Shown piece after piece: positions 62,370 through 64,000 of a DNA stretch of 64,000 bases. Under the pieces are notes generated by a model. The model searched no databases and was not told the origin of the DNA. It saw only the letters and a program-made list of their open reading frames with translations. Positions within the stretch are counted from its first letter, which is position 1. Each line of letters starts with the position of its first letter. The position numbers and the translations under genes are program-made. Origin of the DNA: an uncultured Chloroflexia bacterium (GTDB lineage Bacteria > Chloroflexota > Limnocylindria > Limnocylindrales > CSP1-4); the NCBI GenBank assembly GCA_963749705.1, contig CAVVNQ010000015.1:192001-256000 (forward strand), given 5' to 3'.

Positions 62370-63931
62370 TCAGCGGTTGGTGTGCTCCGTCGCGACCGTC
62401 CCGATGCGCTCGATCCCGGCGAACACGTCCGCGTAGTCGCGTACGGTTGTCGCGATCCCGGCCGGCTCGGGAGTGGGTGCAGCCCCGGCCACCGACGGGA
62501 CCGACGGCGCGGCCGCCGCCGCGACCTCGCTCGCCACCGTCGACACGACCCCGGCCGCGCGCCCGATCCAGCGCGGGAGGAATGCCGAGTTCGGGATCGT
62601 GCCGGCATCCATGCCGCTCGTCGTCCGGCGCAGCAGCGCCTCGATCTCGGGGCGGAGCCCGAGCGCCACGCCCCATACCAGGGCCTGGTCCGGGGTCTCG
62701 AGCCACTTGAGGCCAGTCGCCGTAACGGCGTCATCGAGCGTCGCCGACGTCGCGAACGTTGCCTTGAGCGTGCGGCGATACGCGGCCAGCTGGGCCTTCA
62801 TCACGGCGCCCTCGTGCGTGCGCGAGGCCATGAACCGGGCCAGGAGCCAGGTCGCGACGCCGCCGCCCGCGATGCCCAGGCCGACCCCGTAGACGAGCCC
62901 CTGGTCCGTGGCGCCCGCGGACGCCACCACCAGGCCGGCGACGACCTCGACCGCCGCCAGCCCCTCCCACTTCCAGCGGGCGATGAACGAGAGTCCCTTG
63001 ATCCAGCCCTTGCGGCGGGCGTAGTTCTCGACGAACGTCGCGAACCCGAGCGGCGGATGGAACCGCAGCGCGCGATCGCCGGGGATGTACGGCCCGGTCG
63101 CCCCGTCGGAGCCGGAACCGGTCGCAGACGCGGGGGCACCAGCAACGCGGTGCTTGCCCAGCCACGTGGTGAGCTCCGCCATCTCCTGGGCGGACGGGGC
63201 ATGCCCGGTGACGTCCTCGACGTGCCTGGCGAACGCCTCGGGATCCGCCGTCACCGCGTCGGGGTTGGCGAGCACCTCGCGCATGAGCGCCATCATCGGC
63301 GCCTGCCTCGCCTGGGAGGTGCGCAGCGATTCCGGGACCGGCTTGCCCGCCCGGGTGAGCGCCCCGATGAGCGACGCCTGGAGATCGGGTGTCGGTCCCG
63401 AGGTCATCCCCTCGACGAGGTCGCCGGGTGCGATGCCCTCAGGGCCCTTGGCCAGCGCGGCCGCGATGAACCCCGAGAACTCGGACATGGCAACCACGGC
63501 TTCCATGGCCCGGGCGTCGCCGGCGTCGTCGGCGACGTCGATCGCGGCATACGTCTTGAGGTTGGCGAGCAGCCAGGCCTCACCCTCGCCGACGGGCCGG
63601 CGACGGTTGAGCTGGATGCGGGGAGCATCCGTGTGCGTGCCGTGGATCTCGATCCCGACCCGGTGGGCGCCCCGCGCGTCGGGCGTCTCGTCGACGGAAC
63701 GCGATCTCGTCGCGGCTGGCGAGGTCGAACAGGGCGGCCATGAACGCGGTCGTCGCCGGTCCGCCGTCCACGATCGTCGCGGTTGCGGCCGTCATCCCCT
63801 CCGGCGGCGCGGGCAGGAGGATCGAGGCGATCATCGAGATACGAGGGGTCGCGGCCGGTCGCCCGCCAGCGCACCAGGACCCAACCCACCACGACCGCGA
63901 AGGCCACCAGCCCACCGACGATCGCCTGCAT
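62370..63931 (-). CDS. DUF2207-like membrane protein, broken by two +1 frameshifts (~63829 and ~63696)
   Basis: GGGAGG RBS then MQAIVGG, TM, WRATGRDP. Next frame: PPEGMTAA...ALFDLASR. Third frame: two TMs, RTHEGA...LAAYRRTL and ALVWGVALGL. Confidence 0.6.
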
Positions 63932-64000
63932 CGCCACCTCCCAGCGGGACGGCTCCGGGAAGGTCGTTCGAGCTCGAGCCGACGGCCTCCGGCGTCGCTT

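Overview
This window is from a very GC-rich (by eye >70%) bacterial chromosome. Gene content (split PurS/PurQ/PurL, CIRCE-controlled groESL, PcrA-type helicase, gatCAB, many lipoproteins, many apparently leaderless genes) suggests a monoderm-type organism, possibly Chloroflexota (inference only). Most of the window is housekeeping: nadE, rsmI, ssb, a ~13.3-kb de novo purine cluster (purA-D-B-C-S-Q-L-F-M plus a purN-purH fusion), metG, tatD, groES/groEL, pcrA, ligA, an amino-acid ABC transporter, gatC/A/B, a BMP-type nucleoside ABC transporter with a nucleoside hydrolase, a cytochrome P450 and an MtrA/MtrB/GerMN-lipoprotein-like signalling operon. I found no rRNA, tRNA, CRISPR array or transposase. 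The best candidate for a new system is at 57.5-62.3 kb. A 1053-aa protein there fuses a SARP (wHTH+BTAD) DNA-binding module, an nSTAND1-type NTPase, one transmembrane helix and an external BMP ligand-binding domain. It is flanked by two exported-protein genes whose upstream regions share a near-identical 22-bp element (two TAGAGC repeats 11 bp apart, typical SARP operator spacing) and further homologous leader blocks. This looks like a self-contained transmembrane one-component sensor with its regulon. Caveat: at least ten +1 single-base insertions break ligA, gatB and three other genes, and two normally conserved Asp codons read AAT in the same sequence context, so the consensus probably contains sequencing errors.
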